DNA of 64,000 nt, taken from NCBI GenBank assembly GCA_963837955.1, contig CAWIPH010000002.1, forward strand, positions 320,001 through 384,000. Direction: 5' to 3'. Shown here piece by piece: positions 9,486 to 20,387 of this stretch. The stretch is from an uncultured Verrucomicrobiae bacterium. Its GTDB lineage: Bacteria > Verrucomicrobiota > Verrucomicrobiia > Chthoniobacterales > JAFAMB01. Position 1 is the stretch's first letter. Each line of letters begins with the position of its first letter. A program made the position numbers and the translations under genes. Below the pieces are notes generated by a model that was not told the DNA's origin, did no database searches, and worked only from the letters and a program-made list of their open reading frames with translations.

Positions 9486-10346
9486 CTAGCCTCTGGTTGA
9501 TGACGTTTCCAGATCAAGAGCAGTAGGAGGTGCGATCTCGCTTTCGCGCAAACTCTGTAAATCAAAAAACAGGCGTTTGATGAACATCGGTATGAATAGA
9601 ATCGCCGTAGCTGCGAATTGGACCGTGATTCCAGGAACAACTCGAGCCCGGTGTCGTGATACTCCGTTCAGCGCTTCCCGGACCACTTCCTGCACCGGCA
9701 CAGTGAGAAGATTGACGGAGATTGTTTCCTGATCAGATGTGCGAGCAGCTACTTCCTGGAACTCGGTCGGAACTGGCCCCGGACACAATGCGGTAACTGA
9801 TATATTCAGGGGACGCAATTCCGCTCGAAGCGCTTCACTAAAGCTCGTTACGTAGGCTTTCGTGGCCGCGTACACTGCGCAATTAGGTACCGGGAGGAGG
9901 CTAGCGATTGAGCTAACATTGAGGATGGCACCCCCGCCTGCCTTTCGCATGGCGGGCAAAATACGATAGGTCAAATAGGTTAGTGCACCGATGTTCACTT
10001 GCAGCATCGCCCGGATTCGCTGCCAATCAGCATCACTAAATTTCCCATAGTCGCCCAGCCCAGCATTGTTGATCAGCACATCGGTCGTTAATCCGCTCTC
10101 TTCCAGCCAATCGCAGAAACGTCCAACTTCCTCTTCGTTTTGGAGGTCAACTTGCTGAATGAAAATCTCGAGTTGCGGGTTGATTACTTTCAGTTCGAGC
10201 TCAAGCGTTTTCAGCCGATCTATGCGCCGGGCGACGAGTATCAGTGAGCCAGCCACTTGCGCGAGCTGCCGGGCAAACTCGCGTCCGATGCCAGCCGATG
10301 CACCAGTAATCAAGACTGTGCATTCCGCGAAATAGCTGATTTTCAT
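9486..10346 (-). CDS. Short-chain dehydrogenase/reductase (DltE-like)
   Basis: TGASAGIG, NNAG, YAATK. Confidence 0.92.
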   Translation of the reverse strand: MKISYFAECTVLITGASAGIGREFARQLAQVAGSLILVARRIDRLKTLELELKVINPQLEIFIQQVDLQNEEEVGRFCDWLEESGLTTDVLINNAGLGDYGKFSDADWQRIRAMLQVNIGALTYLTYRILPAMRKAGGGAILNVSSIASLLPVPNCAVYAATKAYVTSFSEALRAELRPLNISVTALCPGPVPTEFQEVAARTSDQETISVNLLTVPVQEVVREALNGVSRHRARVVPGITVQFAATAILFIPMFIKRLFFDLQSLRESEIAPPTALDLETSSTRG

Positions 10347-10451
10347 CGGCTTCCACCTAAGCTCGAACTCCCTGGCAGTCAATAACCTACCATCTTTCCA
10401 GCGCTGTTGTCTCGAGCTTGGATTCCACCGGTAGCCGGCCTATCTTCCTTG

Positions 10452-10781
10452 ATGCGTTTGGCGGTCGAGAATTTGGCAATCGTCGGACCGGAGATGGCGA
10501 TCCGATGGAATGATGGGCGAGAATCATATATCGGACTCGAACTGCTCCGCCGGCGTTGTCCTTGTGCGCATTGCGCGGGAGAGAAAGGGCTACTGGGTGA
10601 GGTTTACCGCTCGGAGATGCCGCTTTCTGCAGCCAGCTTTAGGCTCGTAAGGTGCGGAGTAGTGGGTGGGTACGCCATCCAGCCTGAGTGGGCGGATCGG
10701 CATAGTTCCGGAATCTATTCTTTTGACTACCTCCGCTCGATTGATCTATCGCCAAATTCCGACGTTTCCCCTCCACGATAG
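10452..10781 (+). CDS. DUF971 / GBBH-like N-terminal domain protein
   Basis: LRRRCPCAHC, VGGYAI..W.D.HSSGIYSFDYL. Confidence 0.85.
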   Translation: MRLAVENLAIVGPEMAIRWNDGRESYIGLELLRRRCPCAHCAGEKGLLGEVYRSEMPLSAASFRLVRCGVVGGYAIQPEWADRHSSGIYSFDYLRSIDLSPNSDVSPPR

Positions 10782-10833
10782 CGGCGACATAACGCCATAG
10801 CAGAACTTGCCCGCGGACGGACGCCACCCTGTG

Positions 10834-11736
10834 CTAGCCGCGGTCCGTTCCGTAATAGTTCAGGTGACAACTCGTTCGAAACCCAATTGGGGTCTTGCCG
10901 GTGAGCCGACGGAAAAATCGAATGAAATAGGAGGGGTCTGCGAAATTGAGGTTGTACGCAATTTCCGAAACCGTCAGTGAGGTATGGAGCAGCAGACGCT
11001 GAGCTTCCAATAGGATTCGTTGCCTGATAAGCGTTCCAACGGTTTTGCCGGTCTGCGCTTTGACAGCTTCACTTAGGGCTTCCGTGGAGACTCGAAGAAG
11101 ATTTGCATAGTCCGTAACCGACGTGACGGCTCTAAAGCTCTGTTCTAGCCGGAACAAAAAATCTCTAAGCAATCGGGCCTGCGGTAGAAGTGAAGTTTCG
11201 GTAGATTGAGACGGATAAAAGCGACTGATACGGTACAACAGCGCCTGTAACAGGAGGCGTAAGATCTGATCTGAACCCTCCTCTCGCGCGCTGAATTCTC
11301 GCTGCATCTCGTCGATTAACGATCGAGTTTCCCGTGCTTGGACGCCTGAGAGCTTCATAATTGGCGCGGTCCCGACGGGAAACCAATACGAATGCTGCAG
11401 AAGCGAGTATCCAGGCGATGCGTCTTTCTCCGCGAAATCTTGAGTAAAACAAATCATTGGTCCTCGCAGAGAGCCTTCATCCTTCCAAAAATGCACCTGC
11501 CCTGGACTAACACAGACCACAGTTGTTGTAGTGATCGGATAGGTTGCGAAGTCGTTGAAGTGCTCACCGTTGCCTTCTAGCAAGAAGAGCTCGAAATAAT
11601 CGTGACGATGGATGGAAAGGCGATTTGGACGCTGCCGAACTGAGTCCTGATAGGAGCCGACAAAAACACTCGAGTTGCGGGTCATGCCGTCGGAATAGTC
11701 GGTGAGAGGATAGACAGGAATTTTTCGTGGCCGCAT
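10834..11736 (-). CDS. AraC-family regulator (cupin + HTH)
   Basis: HRHDYFE cupin; EIAYNLNFADPSYFIRFFRR..GKTP. Confidence 0.92.
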   Translation of the reverse strand: MRPRKIPVYPLTDYSDGMTRNSSVFVGSYQDSVRQRPNRLSIHRHDYFELFLLEGNGEHFNDFATYPITTTTVVCVSPGQVHFWKDEGSLRGPMICFTQDFAEKDASPGYSLLQHSYWFPVGTAPIMKLSGVQARETRSLIDEMQREFSAREEGSDQILRLLLQALLYRISRFYPSQSTETSLLPQARLLRDFLFRLEQSFRAVTSVTDYANLLRVSTEALSEAVKAQTGKTVGTLIRQRILLEAQRLLLHTSLTVSEIAYNLNFADPSYFIRFFRRLTGKTPIGFRTSCHLNYYGTDRG

Positions 11737-11793
11737 CACGGATATCGTAATGGACCCGCAGAAACCCGCCAAGAGACTGTTCCAGTTACGGAC

Positions 11794-12849
11794 TCAGGGA
11801 ATGACTCTGCGCCGGCGGAAACCCTCGAAAATGTTCAGGAACATCGCTTCGGTGTCGATGTACTCGTGGAAGCCGAACCGGCGCGCTTTCGAGCCGTCGG
11901 CAAACATGTCGTAGTCCCAGGAGAACACGAAATCGCCGAAGCGCCAGGACGACACGTCCCGATAGGGATACTCAAGTTGGTGCTTCTGGGTCATGGCAGC
12001 CCAGAGCGGCTCCTTGTCAGCCATGACGACATCGAGCGACATCGGCAGCGGAGGCGCGACCTCAAGATCAAAGAAGCGGGCGATCTTCGGCCACATCTCG
12101 CTCCAGCGGAAGAGGTCGCCATTATTGACATTGAACGCCTGGTTAGCGCGTCGCTTATCGGTCGCCGCCCAGACGGTCGCCCGCGCCAAAAGCCCCGCGT
12201 CAGTCATTTCCAGCAGCTTATCGTACGCACCGGGTTTCCCAGGGAAGCGCAAGGGTAGTCCGAGCTCCTTTGAAATCGCGGCGTAGACTGCGATCACCAT
12301 CGCCAAATTCATCGGGTTGCCGAGCGCGAAGCCGCACACCACCGAGGGACGTATGGCCGACCAGGTCCAAGCTTTGCCCTTCTGTCGATCCTCGAGAAAC
12401 GCCTGCTGGTCGACGTTGAACTCGGGCGGCATGTGGTAGGCATCGGTCTCGCGGGCCGGAGTCTTGAACGGACCTAAATGTGCGCCGTAGACCTTATAGC
12501 CCTGCATCAAGCTAACGTGCTGCAAGCCCACCGCCACCGGCTCGACTGCTTCGACGAGGTTGACGAGCATCGCAAGGTTGGGTGGTACGAGCTCGGCCCA
12601 GGTCGGCCGGTCCTGGAACGCGGTATAGAAGATGTGCGTCACCTGGGTCAGGCTGCCGAGCTTCTCGCGGTAGTCGTCCGGATCGAGCAGATCGACCGCG
12701 ACGTACCGCACTCGGCCTCCTGATTTTCCGCCGCGTCGCGACAGGCCGATGACCTCCCAGTCCTCGAGCGTCACAAGATGATCGATGAGGTTGCGGCCGA
12801 TGACCCCTTGAGCTCCAACAACGAGGGCAGTCTTGTTCTGTGTGCTTAT
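11794..12849 (-). CDS. Atypical SDR, progesterone 5-beta-reductase (PRISE)-like NAD(P)-dependent oxidoreductase
   Basis: ALVVGAQGVIG, QGYKVYGAHLG, TWSAIRP, FNVNNGD; the SD-positioned start codon is ATA. Confidence 0.85.
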   Translation of the reverse strand: MSTQNKTALVVGAQGVIGRNLIDHLVTLEDWEVIGLSRRGGKSGGRVRYVAVDLLDPDDYREKLGSLTQVTHIFYTAFQDRPTWAELVPPNLAMLVNLVEAVEPVAVGLQHVSLMQGYKVYGAHLGPFKTPARETDAYHMPPEFNVDQQAFLEDRQKGKAWTWSAIRPSVVCGFALGNPMNLAMVIAVYAAISKELGLPLRFPGKPGAYDKLLEMTDAGLLARATVWAATDKRRANQAFNVNNGDLFRWSEMWPKIARFFDLEVAPPLPMSLDVVMADKEPLWAAMTQKHQLEYPYRDVSSWRFGDFVFSWDYDMFADGSKARRFGFHEYIDTEAMFLNIFEGFRRRRVIP

Positions 12850-12960
12850 GGTTTTCTCCTGTTCAGGGGATTCCCTTGGTGCCCCCAACCAGCGCTATTC
12901 TTTGGCCGATTGGCATGACCAACCTCTTCGCGCACGCGCCGGCTGACAATTTCACTCTCG

Positions 12961-12990
12961 GGTACTTTTCCTTGAATGGATGGTACTTTT
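12961..12990 (-). promoter_or_regulatory. Tandem direct repeat, putative AraC binding site
   Basis: GGTACTTTT at 12961 and 12982 (21-bp period), upstream of the SDR-araC pair. Confidence 0.55.
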
Positions 12991-13081
12991 GTGCCGCAGC
13001 GCCTGAGCGATAATCTGAACCCACGCGGCTGTTCCTGGCCGGCCCTGGTTTTGGCTGATTGAAGGCGTCAACAACCCGCGA

Positions 13082-13654
13082 TCAAAGCCGAGTCGCGATG
13101 AGCTCCCTAAGCTTAAGCATTCCGCGCCGGATCCGAGCTTTCACGGTTCCGAGAGGTTGACTCAGTTCTTCGGCGATTTCGTTCTGGGTCAACCCGGAGA
13201 AAAAGGCGAGTTCGATAGCCTGACGCTGTTCCTTCGAAAGCTGTAACACGGCGGATCGAACGATCCTGCTTGTCTCCAAAGCGTCCACTTCGTCAACGGA
13301 ATCGCGAGAGGTCGATGGAGAACTCGTCTCCTTTTCCACCTGATCTTGAAGACGGAACCGCCGCTGAGAGGATCGGAGACGGTCGATGGCCTTGTTTCGC
13401 GTGAGTGTCATCGCCCAGGTTAACGGCTTGCCTCGCGAAGGGCTATAGAGCTTAGCTTTATCCCAGATCTGAACAAAGACATCCTGTAAAACATCCTCTG
13501 CCTCTCTCTGATCGTTCAGAATTTGCAGGGCTGCGCAAAAGAGAACACCAGAAAAGCGGTCGTAGAGATCCTCAAAGCTTTCAGGGTCACCTGCTCCAAC
13601 TTGTCGAAGCAATTCGATCTCGAGTCCCTGATCTATGTGACCATCATTAGCCAT
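13082..13654 (-). CDS. ECF sigma factor (SigK-like)
   Basis: AEDVLQDVFVQIW, RNKAIDRLR, GLTQNEIAEELSQPLGTVKARIRRG. Confidence 0.92.
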   Translation of the reverse strand: MANDGHIDQGLEIELLRQVGAGDPESFEDLYDRFSGVLFCAALQILNDQREAEDVLQDVFVQIWDKAKLYSPSRGKPLTWAMTLTRNKAIDRLRSSQRRFRLQDQVEKETSSPSTSRDSVDEVDALETSRIVRSAVLQLSKEQRQAIELAFFSGLTQNEIAEELSQPLGTVKARIRRGMLKLRELIATRL

Positions 13655-13734
13655 CCTGCTGCCACCTTCCTTGCCACTCCTTTTGAAAACGGTAGACAGA
13701 TGCCAACAAAAGGCAAGTATAGCTGAAATGCTGG

Positions 13735-15027
13735 TCAAGAAGCTGCAGCCTCTGGCACTCTGGAGAGAGCAGCGGCCATGACTTCTAAGGTCCGATCAAT
13801 GTCGGCTTCAGTGTGAGCCAGGCAGAGGAAGCCGGCTTCAAACTGAGAAGGTGCAAAGTAGATGCCCCGATCGAGACAGAATTGGAAGAACGATCCGAAC
13901 TCAGTCAGGTCCGATTTTTGAGCATCAGCAAGATTCTGGACTGGTCCATTGCGAAAATAGAGGCAGAACAACGAACCGATTCGATGGAAGACCAAGTTAC
14001 GGTCCGTTTCCTGAAGGATCTTGTGTACCCCCTGTTCGAAGTAAGCGCCGAGTTGCTCCAATCGGCGATAACCATCGACTTTTTCAAGCTGCCTCAATTG
14101 GGCAAGTCCGGCAGCCAACGCGAGTGGATTTCCAGACAGAGTTCCGGCTTGATAGACAGGGCCGTCCGGTGACAATTGATCCATAATATCGGCGCGTCCC
14201 CCGAATGCGCCGACTGGCAGGCCGCCTCCGATTACTTTTCCCATGGCAGTCAGGTCAGGTCGAACACCACACAGCTCCTGATACCCGCCGCGAGCGAGCC
14301 GGAACCCAGTCATCACTTCATCAAAGATCAAGAGCGCACCAGATTGGGAGCAATGATCACGTAGCAGCTCCAAAAACCCTGGTTTTGGTAGATACAGACC
14401 GGCGTTTGCCGGCACTGGCTCCAGAATGACAGCGGCAATTTGGTCACCGAACTTGCTGAAACAGGTTCGAACTTCGTCAGGCTCATTGAAAGAAAGGGTC
14501 AAAGTCAGTGCTGCGATCTCCTCCGGCACCCCGGCACTGTCCGGATATCCGTGGGTGAGCGCCCCGCTTCCGGCTTTCACGAGCAACGAATCTACATGCC
14601 CGTGATAACAGCCGGCGAATTTGACGATCAACTTGCGACCGGTAAACCCGCGAGCGAGTCGGACACACGACATCGTTGCCTCCGTCCCGCTGTTGACCAT
14701 ACGAACTTTTTCAACGGATGGCACCCAATGGCAGATCAGTTCTGCGATTTCCACCTCGGCCGGGTTTGGAATCCCGAAGCTGAGACCTTGCGTGGCGGCG
14801 GTTTGCACGGCTCGGACCACGCTCTCCGGAGCGTGACCCAGGATCGCTGGCCCCCAAGTCCCGACGTAGTCGATATATTCGTTCCCTTCGACGTCCCAGA
14901 TCCGCGATCCCTGTGCTCTAGTGACAAAGAACGGTTCGCCGCCGACGTTACGAAAAGCACGCACCGGGGAATTGACTCCACCTGGGATGTATCGTTTGGC
15001 CTGAGCAAATAATGAAGCGTTCGTCAT
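13735..15027 (-). CDS. hemL: Glutamate-1-semialdehyde 2,1-aminomutase
   Basis: PGGVNSPVRAF, NSGTEA, FDEVMTGFR, GKVIGGGLP, YQAGTLSGNP. Confidence 0.96.
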   Translation of the reverse strand: MTNASLFAQAKRYIPGGVNSPVRAFRNVGGEPFFVTRAQGSRIWDVEGNEYIDYVGTWGPAILGHAPESVVRAVQTAATQGLSFGIPNPAEVEIAELICHWVPSVEKVRMVNSGTEATMSCVRLARGFTGRKLIVKFAGCYHGHVDSLLVKAGSGALTHGYPDSAGVPEEIAALTLTLSFNEPDEVRTCFSKFGDQIAAVILEPVPANAGLYLPKPGFLELLRDHCSQSGALLIFDEVMTGFRLARGGYQELCGVRPDLTAMGKVIGGGLPVGAFGGRADIMDQLSPDGPVYQAGTLSGNPLALAAGLAQLRQLEKVDGYRRLEQLGAYFEQGVHKILQETDRNLVFHRIGSLFCLYFRNGPVQNLADAQKSDLTEFGSFFQFCLDRGIYFAPSQFEAGFLCLAHTEADIDRTLEVMAAALSRVPEAAAS

Positions 15028-15120
15028 TGCTGAAAACCTAGGCGAGATTTTGGTTGCGTCAGATCTTTTCGTTTGGGGCCTTGGGTTCAAACCCCTAGCA
15101 AGTAGGCCGGGTCGATCGGC

Positions 15121-15738
15121 TCAAGCTAGCAACCCCCGCTTCTCAATGAACTCGACAATTTCAGGAACTCCACTTCTCGTCTTCAAGTTGCAGAGAACAA
15201 ATGGGCGTTCGCCCCGCATCTTCTGCGCGTCAGCGGCCATCACTTCAAGAGAAGCGCCAACATACGGAGCCAGGTCGGTCTTGTTGATGACTAGAAGGTC
15301 GGATCGAGTGATCCCCGGTCCTCCTTTTCGCGGGATTTTCTCGCCGCCGGCGACATCGATCACATAGATCGTGAGATCGGAAAGTTCCGGACTAAAGGTC
15401 GCTGCGAGATTGTCGCCCCCTGATTCGATGAAAATGATGTCGTTATCTGGGAAACGTTTCAGCATCCGATCTATCGCTTCGAGGTTTATCGAAGCGTCCT
15501 CTCGAATGGCCGTGTGCGGGCACCCACCGGTCTCTACGCCGAGAATCCGGTCAGCCGACAGAGCTCCGGCATTTGTCAAAAGGCGTTGATCCTCCTTGGT
15601 GTAAATATCATTGGTAATGACCACGATGTCGTAACGGTCCCGCATAGCCTTGCAGAGCATTTCCACAAGCGTCGTCTTGCCGGTCCCGACCGGGCCACCG
15701 ACCCCAATCCGCAACGGAGGAAACGTCTTTGTACGCAT
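15121..15738 (-). CDS. ureG: Urease accessory GTPase
   Basis: [26 protein letters not shown]. Confidence 0.97.
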   Translation of the reverse strand: MRTKTFPPLRIGVGGPVGTGKTTLVEMLCKAMRDRYDIVVITNDIYTKEDQRLLTNAGALSADRILGVETGGCPHTAIREDASINLEAIDRMLKRFPDNDIIFIESGGDNLAATFSPELSDLTIYVIDVAGGEKIPRKGGPGITRSDLLVINKTDLAPYVGASLEVMAADAQKMRGERPFVLCNLKTRSGVPEIVEFIEKRGLLA

Positions 15739-15743
15739 AGAAT

Positions 15744-16436
15744 CTACGAACGAAACACGCGGAAAGCTTGGGTCTCGTGCCGGCTTGATAGAATGGCGAG
15801 CATCGGAGCGAAGGCGACAATATCGTCTATGGCGACGCAAATCGTTTTTTTCACCACGTTAGAAATTTCTGGCCGAATTTGCTGAAGCAGGCGTTGGCCG
15901 CTCTCTTGTCCCAGGGGAACGATTTTTAACGCAGCGCCTACCTGATTTTCGGTCCAGTTAAAACAGAAAGCGGTGACCGCGGCTCTAAGAGACAAGTTGT
16001 TGGCAACCGCGGCAAAAGCGAACGCGGTGGGAAACGCGATAGAAGGCAGGCTGGCCAATTTTTGCCGGCTTTTTTCAACTGCCCATTTCAAAGAGAGTGC
16101 GATACGAGTAAGCGACCAGCCCATCTGTTCGGTTTCCTGACGTAATTCGGTCGTTTCACGGCTAGCCAAAAACCAGGCATTGAGTCGTTGCATCTCAGCG
16201 AAATTTGATCCCGTCCAAAAGCGGTGCTGCCAGGCGACTACCGCTCCTTCTCCCGGGCCAATTAACTCGCGTAAGCCGTGGAGAATCCATTCGCCAGCTT
16301 CCATTTCGCTGCGTACGATTTTTGCCTCGATCGCTGCTTCTAATCCCTGGGAGTAGCTGTAAGCGCCGATCGGCAAGGCAGGAGAGCTGAGATAGAGGGC
16401 ATTTGTGAGCTCTTCCAGGTCGATTCCAGTGTCCAT
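15744..16436 (-). CDS. ureF: Urease accessory protein
   Basis: [17 protein letters not shown]-terminal HE...RVFRS. Confidence 0.95.
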   Translation of the reverse strand: MDTGIDLEELTNALYLSSPALPIGAYSYSQGLEAAIEAKIVRSEMEAGEWILHGLRELIGPGEGAVVAWQHRFWTGSNFAEMQRLNAWFLASRETTELRQETEQMGWSLTRIALSLKWAVEKSRQKLASLPSIAFPTAFAFAAVANNLSLRAAVTAFCFNWTENQVGAALKIVPLGQESGQRLLQQIRPEISNVVKKTICVAIDDIVAFAPMLAILSSRHETQAFRVFRS

Positions 16437-16453
16437 GACCGCTCAACTTAACT

Positions 16454-16486
16454 TCGTTCTCGTGCTCGTCTTCGTCCTCGTGTTCG
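16454..16486. repeat. Short degenerate hexamer tandem repeat (TCGTNC-like) in the ureE-ureF spacer
   Basis: tcgttc tcgtgc tcgtct tcgtcc tcgtgt tcg. Confidence 0.5.
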
Positions 16487-16571
16487 AAAAGGAGCCGGCA
16501 AACTGAAAGATAACTACTGTAGCCATTATGCTGAACAAACTGTCGATTGTAGATCCAGGTCGATTCCTGCG

Positions 16572-17096
16572 TCACTCATGCTTGTGCCCGTGCTCGCGCT
16601 CGTGGAACACCTCCTGAGCCAGCCGATAATCATCAGAAAATGACTCGTCGTGTCCGTGACGATGTCCGCCCCCGTATGCGCCGCTTTCGGGGTTAAAGGC
16701 TTCTTGCCTTTCCTCTACACTGACGTCGAGCTGGCTTAACATCTCCTTCAAAACGGAATCGGCTTCGAGGCGCAAAAAACAGGACCCTATTTCCACGGGA
16801 ATATGACGATTGCCGAGATGATAAGCAGCGCGAGCGAGCTTTTCGTTATCCGATGCGGTGACGAACAAAACCGGCTCGGTGGCGGCTGCGACGCGGACCC
16901 GATATTCATCTGCGGACTCCAGGATGTCGCCCCCTCTCATGATCGTACCTGGTGGCAGTAGCAACCCAATCTCTTCGCCATCGTCCAGCCGCGCGAGTTG
17001 CCGGCTTTTCCGGCGTAGATCGTAGGGGAGAGTCAATTTTGGTAATGGTTTACCGTCGGAGACTGAGCCTCTCACAATCCTCTCAAAACGACGCAT
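16572..17096 (-). CDS. ureE: Urease Ni chaperone
   Basis: AYHLGNRH, FNPESGAY, His-rich tail. Confidence 0.95.
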   Translation of the reverse strand: MRRFERIVRGSVSDGKPLPKLTLPYDLRRKSRQLARLDDGEEIGLLLPPGTIMRGGDILESADEYRVRVAAATEPVLFVTASDNEKLARAAYHLGNRHIPVEIGSCFLRLEADSVLKEMLSQLDVSVEERQEAFNPESGAYGGGHRHGHDESFSDDYRLAQEVFHEREHGHKHE

Positions 17097-17106
17097 TGCA
17101 GAATCC

Positions 17107-18807
17107 TCAGAACAGAAAATATCGTTGGGCCATCGGTAAAATCGGGGCGGGCTCGCAGGTCAAGAGCTCACCGTCCGCGAAAACCTGGAAGGTCTCAGGA
17201 TCCACGGTGATTTTTGGCTGCCAGGAGTTATGGATCATGTCCGTTTTTCTGAGCTTCCGGATGCCGTGTACGGGTATTAATGTTCTCTCCAGACCATAAC
17301 GATCCGCAATTTTCGCTTCGCTGGCAGCTTGGGATATAAAACTGAGGCAAGTCCGGACCAGAGCCTTACCTCGCGCGCCAAACATCTCCCGATAATGAAC
17401 CGGTTGCGGGGTGGGGATGGATGCGTTCGGGTCTCCCATCAGGGCGTGCGCAATCATTCCCCCTTTCAAGATCAACGCCGGCTTCACGCCAAAAAAAGCG
17501 GGTTGCCAAAGAACCAGGTCGGCCCATTTGCCTACTTCAACCGAGCCGATCTCGTGGCTTATGCCATGAGTTATCGCTGGGTTGATCGTGTATTTAGCGA
17601 GATAACGTTTGACTCTGGCGTTATCATTTCGAGCCGAATCGCCAGTCAACGCGCCGCGTTGCGTTTTCATTTTGTGTGCGGTCTGCCAGGTGCGCAGAAT
17701 GACCTCACCGATTCGGCCCATGGCTTGCGAGTCGCTCGACATCATCGAAATCGCTCCGAGATCGTGAAGGATATCTTCCGCCGCAATGGTTTCGCGTCGG
17801 ATTCGAGATTCGGCAAAAGCGATATCTTCGGCGATTGCCGGGTCCAGATGATGGCAAACCATCAGCATGTCGAGGTGTTCGTCCAACGTGTTCACCGTGT
17901 AAGGCCTGGTCGGGTTCGTGGACGAGGGCAGAACATTGGGCTCACCGCATACTTTGATGATGTCAGGGGCATGCCCTCCGCCGGCACCCTCCGTATGAAA
18001 AGCGTGTATCACCCGATTCTTAAACGCCGCGATGGAATCTTCGACAAAGCCGGATTCGTTCAACGTATCGGTATGAATCGCGACTTGAGTATCGGTTTCT
18101 TCGGCTACGGTCAAAGAGCAGTCGATGACAGCGGGGGTAGTGCCCCAGTCTTCATGAAGCTTTAGACCAAGGGCGCCTGCGTAGATCTGCTCGCGGAGTG
18201 CTTCTGGACGACTGGCATTGCCTTTACCCAAAAAGCCGAGGTTAATCGGATACCCTTCTGCTGCCTGTAGCATTCGCTCTATATGCCAGGGTCCTGGCGT
18301 ACAAGTCGTCGCGAACGTGCCGGTGGCCGGTCCGGTTCCTCCGCCGATCATTGTGGTGATTCCGGCGGAAATCGCGTCATCGATCTGTTGCGGACAAATA
18401 AAATGGACGTGCGAATCGATGCCGCCCGCCGTGACTATCATGTTCTCTCCAGCGATTGCTTCGGTTCCGGGTCCGATCACGATTGTCACCCCAGGCTGGA
18501 TGTCGGGATTGCCAGCCTTTCCGATCCCGGCAATCCGTCCTGCCTTGATACCGATATCCGCCTTAATGATTCCTGAGTGATCGAGAATGATCGCGTTGGT
18601 AATGACCGTATCAACCGCATCTTTGCTCTCGCGTTGCGATTGACCCATGCCGTCGCGAATCACCTTGCCGCCACCAAATTTTACTTCTTCGCCGTAGATG
18701 GTCAGGTCCTTCTCGATCTCAATGATCAGATCGGTATCAGCGAGCCGAAGCCGGTCGCCGACAGTGGGACCGAACATTTCTGAATAGATTTCCCTGGAAA
18801 TTTTCAC
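17107..18807 (-). CDS. ureC: Urease alpha subunit
   Basis: [42 protein letters not shown]. Confidence 0.98.
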   Translation of the reverse strand: MKISREIYSEMFGPTVGDRLRLADTDLIIEIEKDLTIYGEEVKFGGGKVIRDGMGQSQRESKDAVDTVITNAIILDHSGIIKADIGIKAGRIAGIGKAGNPDIQPGVTIVIGPGTEAIAGENMIVTAGGIDSHVHFICPQQIDDAISAGITTMIGGGTGPATGTFATTCTPGPWHIERMLQAAEGYPINLGFLGKGNASRPEALREQIYAGALGLKLHEDWGTTPAVIDCSLTVAEETDTQVAIHTDTLNESGFVEDSIAAFKNRVIHAFHTEGAGGGHAPDIIKVCGEPNVLPSSTNPTRPYTVNTLDEHLDMLMVCHHLDPAIAEDIAFAESRIRRETIAAEDILHDLGAISMMSSDSQAMGRIGEVILRTWQTAHKMKTQRGALTGDSARNDNARVKRYLAKYTINPAITHGISHEIGSVEVGKWADLVLWQPAFFGVKPALILKGGMIAHALMGDPNASIPTPQPVHYREMFGARGKALVRTCLSFISQAASEAKIADRYGLERTLIPVHGIRKLRKTDMIHNSWQPKITVDPETFQVFADGELLTCEPAPILPMAQRYFLF

Positions 18808-18829
18808 TTCGATTGCCCCTTGCCCCTTC

Positions 18830-19135
18830 TTAGAGTTTACCCATTATCGAACCGTTAAAACCGTAGACGACCCTGTCTCCAGCGAGCTCCACCAACTCGA
18901 CCGTTCGCTCCTGACCTGGCTCGAAGCGAACTGCGGTTCCCGCAGCGATATTCAGCCGGTAGCCGCGGGCGACCGAACGATCAAAGCGGAGAGCCCGATT
19001 CACTTCGAAAAAATGAAAATGCGATCCAACCTGAATTGGACGATCGCCGGTGTTGGCGACTGTGACGGTTCGCGTTGGACGCCCGACGTTGATCTCAATA
19101 TCGCCGGGTTCAAGGATCATCTCGCCTGGAATCAT
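18830..19135 (-). CDS. ureB: Urease beta subunit
   Basis: [24 protein letters not shown]. Confidence 0.97.
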   Translation of the reverse strand: MIPGEMILEPGDIEINVGRPTRTVTVANTGDRPIQVGSHFHFFEVNRALRFDRSVARGYRLNIAAGTAVRFEPGQERTVELVELAGDRVVYGFNGSIMGKL

Positions 19136-19139
19136 AGGA

Positions 19140-19442
19140 TTAAATAATTGGGTGGTGGACTGTCACCAATTTGGTGCCGTCCGGAAAAGTAGCTTCGATC
19201 TGAATTTCCGGAATCATTTCCGGCACGCCTTCCATTACCTGGTTCCGCTGCAGAAGAGTCGTGCCGAATTCCATAAGCTCTGCCACGGATCTGCCGTCTC
19301 GGGCGGCTTCCAGCAATGCAGCCGAAATGTAGGCAACCGCTTCCGGATGGTTCAGCTTCAGGCCGCGTCCGAGGCGACGTTCGGCGAGCAATCCGGCGGT
19401 GAAGATAAGGAGCTTATCTTTTTCGCGAGGCGTTAGATTCAT
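19140..19442 (-). CDS. ureA: Urease gamma subunit
   Basis: [31 protein letters not shown]. Confidence 0.97.
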   Translation of the reverse strand: MNLTPREKDKLLIFTAGLLAERRLGRGLKLNHPEAVAYISAALLEAARDGRSVAELMEFGTTLLQRNQVMEGVPEMIPEIQIEATFPDGTKLVTVHHPII

Positions 19443-19479
19443 CGGTTTGCTGGAGCATCGATCATGTTGGCCAAAGTGG

Positions 19480-20358
19480 TCAGGTCGACCAGAGTCGCAA
19501 CGCTTGGGCGTCACGACCTATAACCATAGGGCGAATCTGGGACCAGCAGTCAATCATCAATGATCTAACCGGTTCAATTTGACGTCCGACCGCTCGCACC
19601 AAGAGGACGCCCTGCGGCAACAGACTAATTCCGGCTCGGACCGCAAGCGTGAATGGCAATTCGGCAGCCAACGTCTCGATGATTTTGGGATCCCGTTTAC
19701 CACCGACGCACCACAGCGTTCCAAAGACTGGGTAGCCGGCCAGACCTTGACGTGCGTGCCCTAGATCGGAACCAGCTCGCAAGCATGCTCGCTCACTCCA
19801 AATCAGCGACCCGTCATCTCGAACGAATTCCGTGGTCGCACGCAGCACACCTGCTTCCCAAGACTCTCCCGAAGCAATTCGACCGAGCATATTGATGTCC
19901 CACCCACAGGCGGTTGCGCTATCCGCAAGCTCTAGCCGAAAAACCGTTTTTGCCGATGCATTTGAAAAATAAATATTCTCGTTTGGCAGCCATTCAAGAA
20001 CGGCTCCGGCCCGTAGAGCAGCTTCGACCCGAGATGTTGAACCTTCATTCGCTTTGTACCACTTCGTGGCTCCTGGCGTCGTGATAACCGAGTGAGCTCC
20101 CTCTTCCAGCGTCAGGTGAACGGAAAGATCGTCTCTATCAGCGAGGCCGCCCGGGGGATGAATTACGACCACATGACAGATTTCCGGACCTTCCGGATAC
20201 AGAGGCTTTTGAATGCGAAGAGGTCCGATGTGACGCCGGCCACTGAGGATTGTCCGGTTCGCCATTCTAGTGAACCGGAGATCGAGCTTTCCCTGCCAGC
20301 GTCCCTCTTGGCCAGTATTGGCGCCCGGAGTATTCCCAATAGTATCCGGGTGTTTCAC
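19480..20358 (-). CDS. ureD: Urease accessory protein
   Basis: [31 protein letters not shown] end. Confidence 0.95.
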   Translation of the reverse strand: MKHPDTIGNTPGANTGQEGRWQGKLDLRFTRMANRTILSGRRHIGPLRIQKPLYPEGPEICHVVVIHPPGGLADRDDLSVHLTLEEGAHSVITTPGATKWYKANEGSTSRVEAALRAGAVLEWLPNENIYFSNASAKTVFRLELADSATACGWDINMLGRIASGESWEAGVLRATTEFVRDDGSLIWSERACLRAGSDLGHARQGLAGYPVFGTLWCVGGKRDPKIIETLAAELPFTLAVRAGISLLPQGVLLVRAVGRQIEPVRSLMIDCWSQIRPMVIGRDAQALRLWST

Positions 20359-20387
20359 GGTGAATCTGGGCTCAAGCTCCCAGCAGT

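Noticed and set aside
17329..18165. 278-aa plus-strand ORF
   Set aside because: Antisense shadow of ureC
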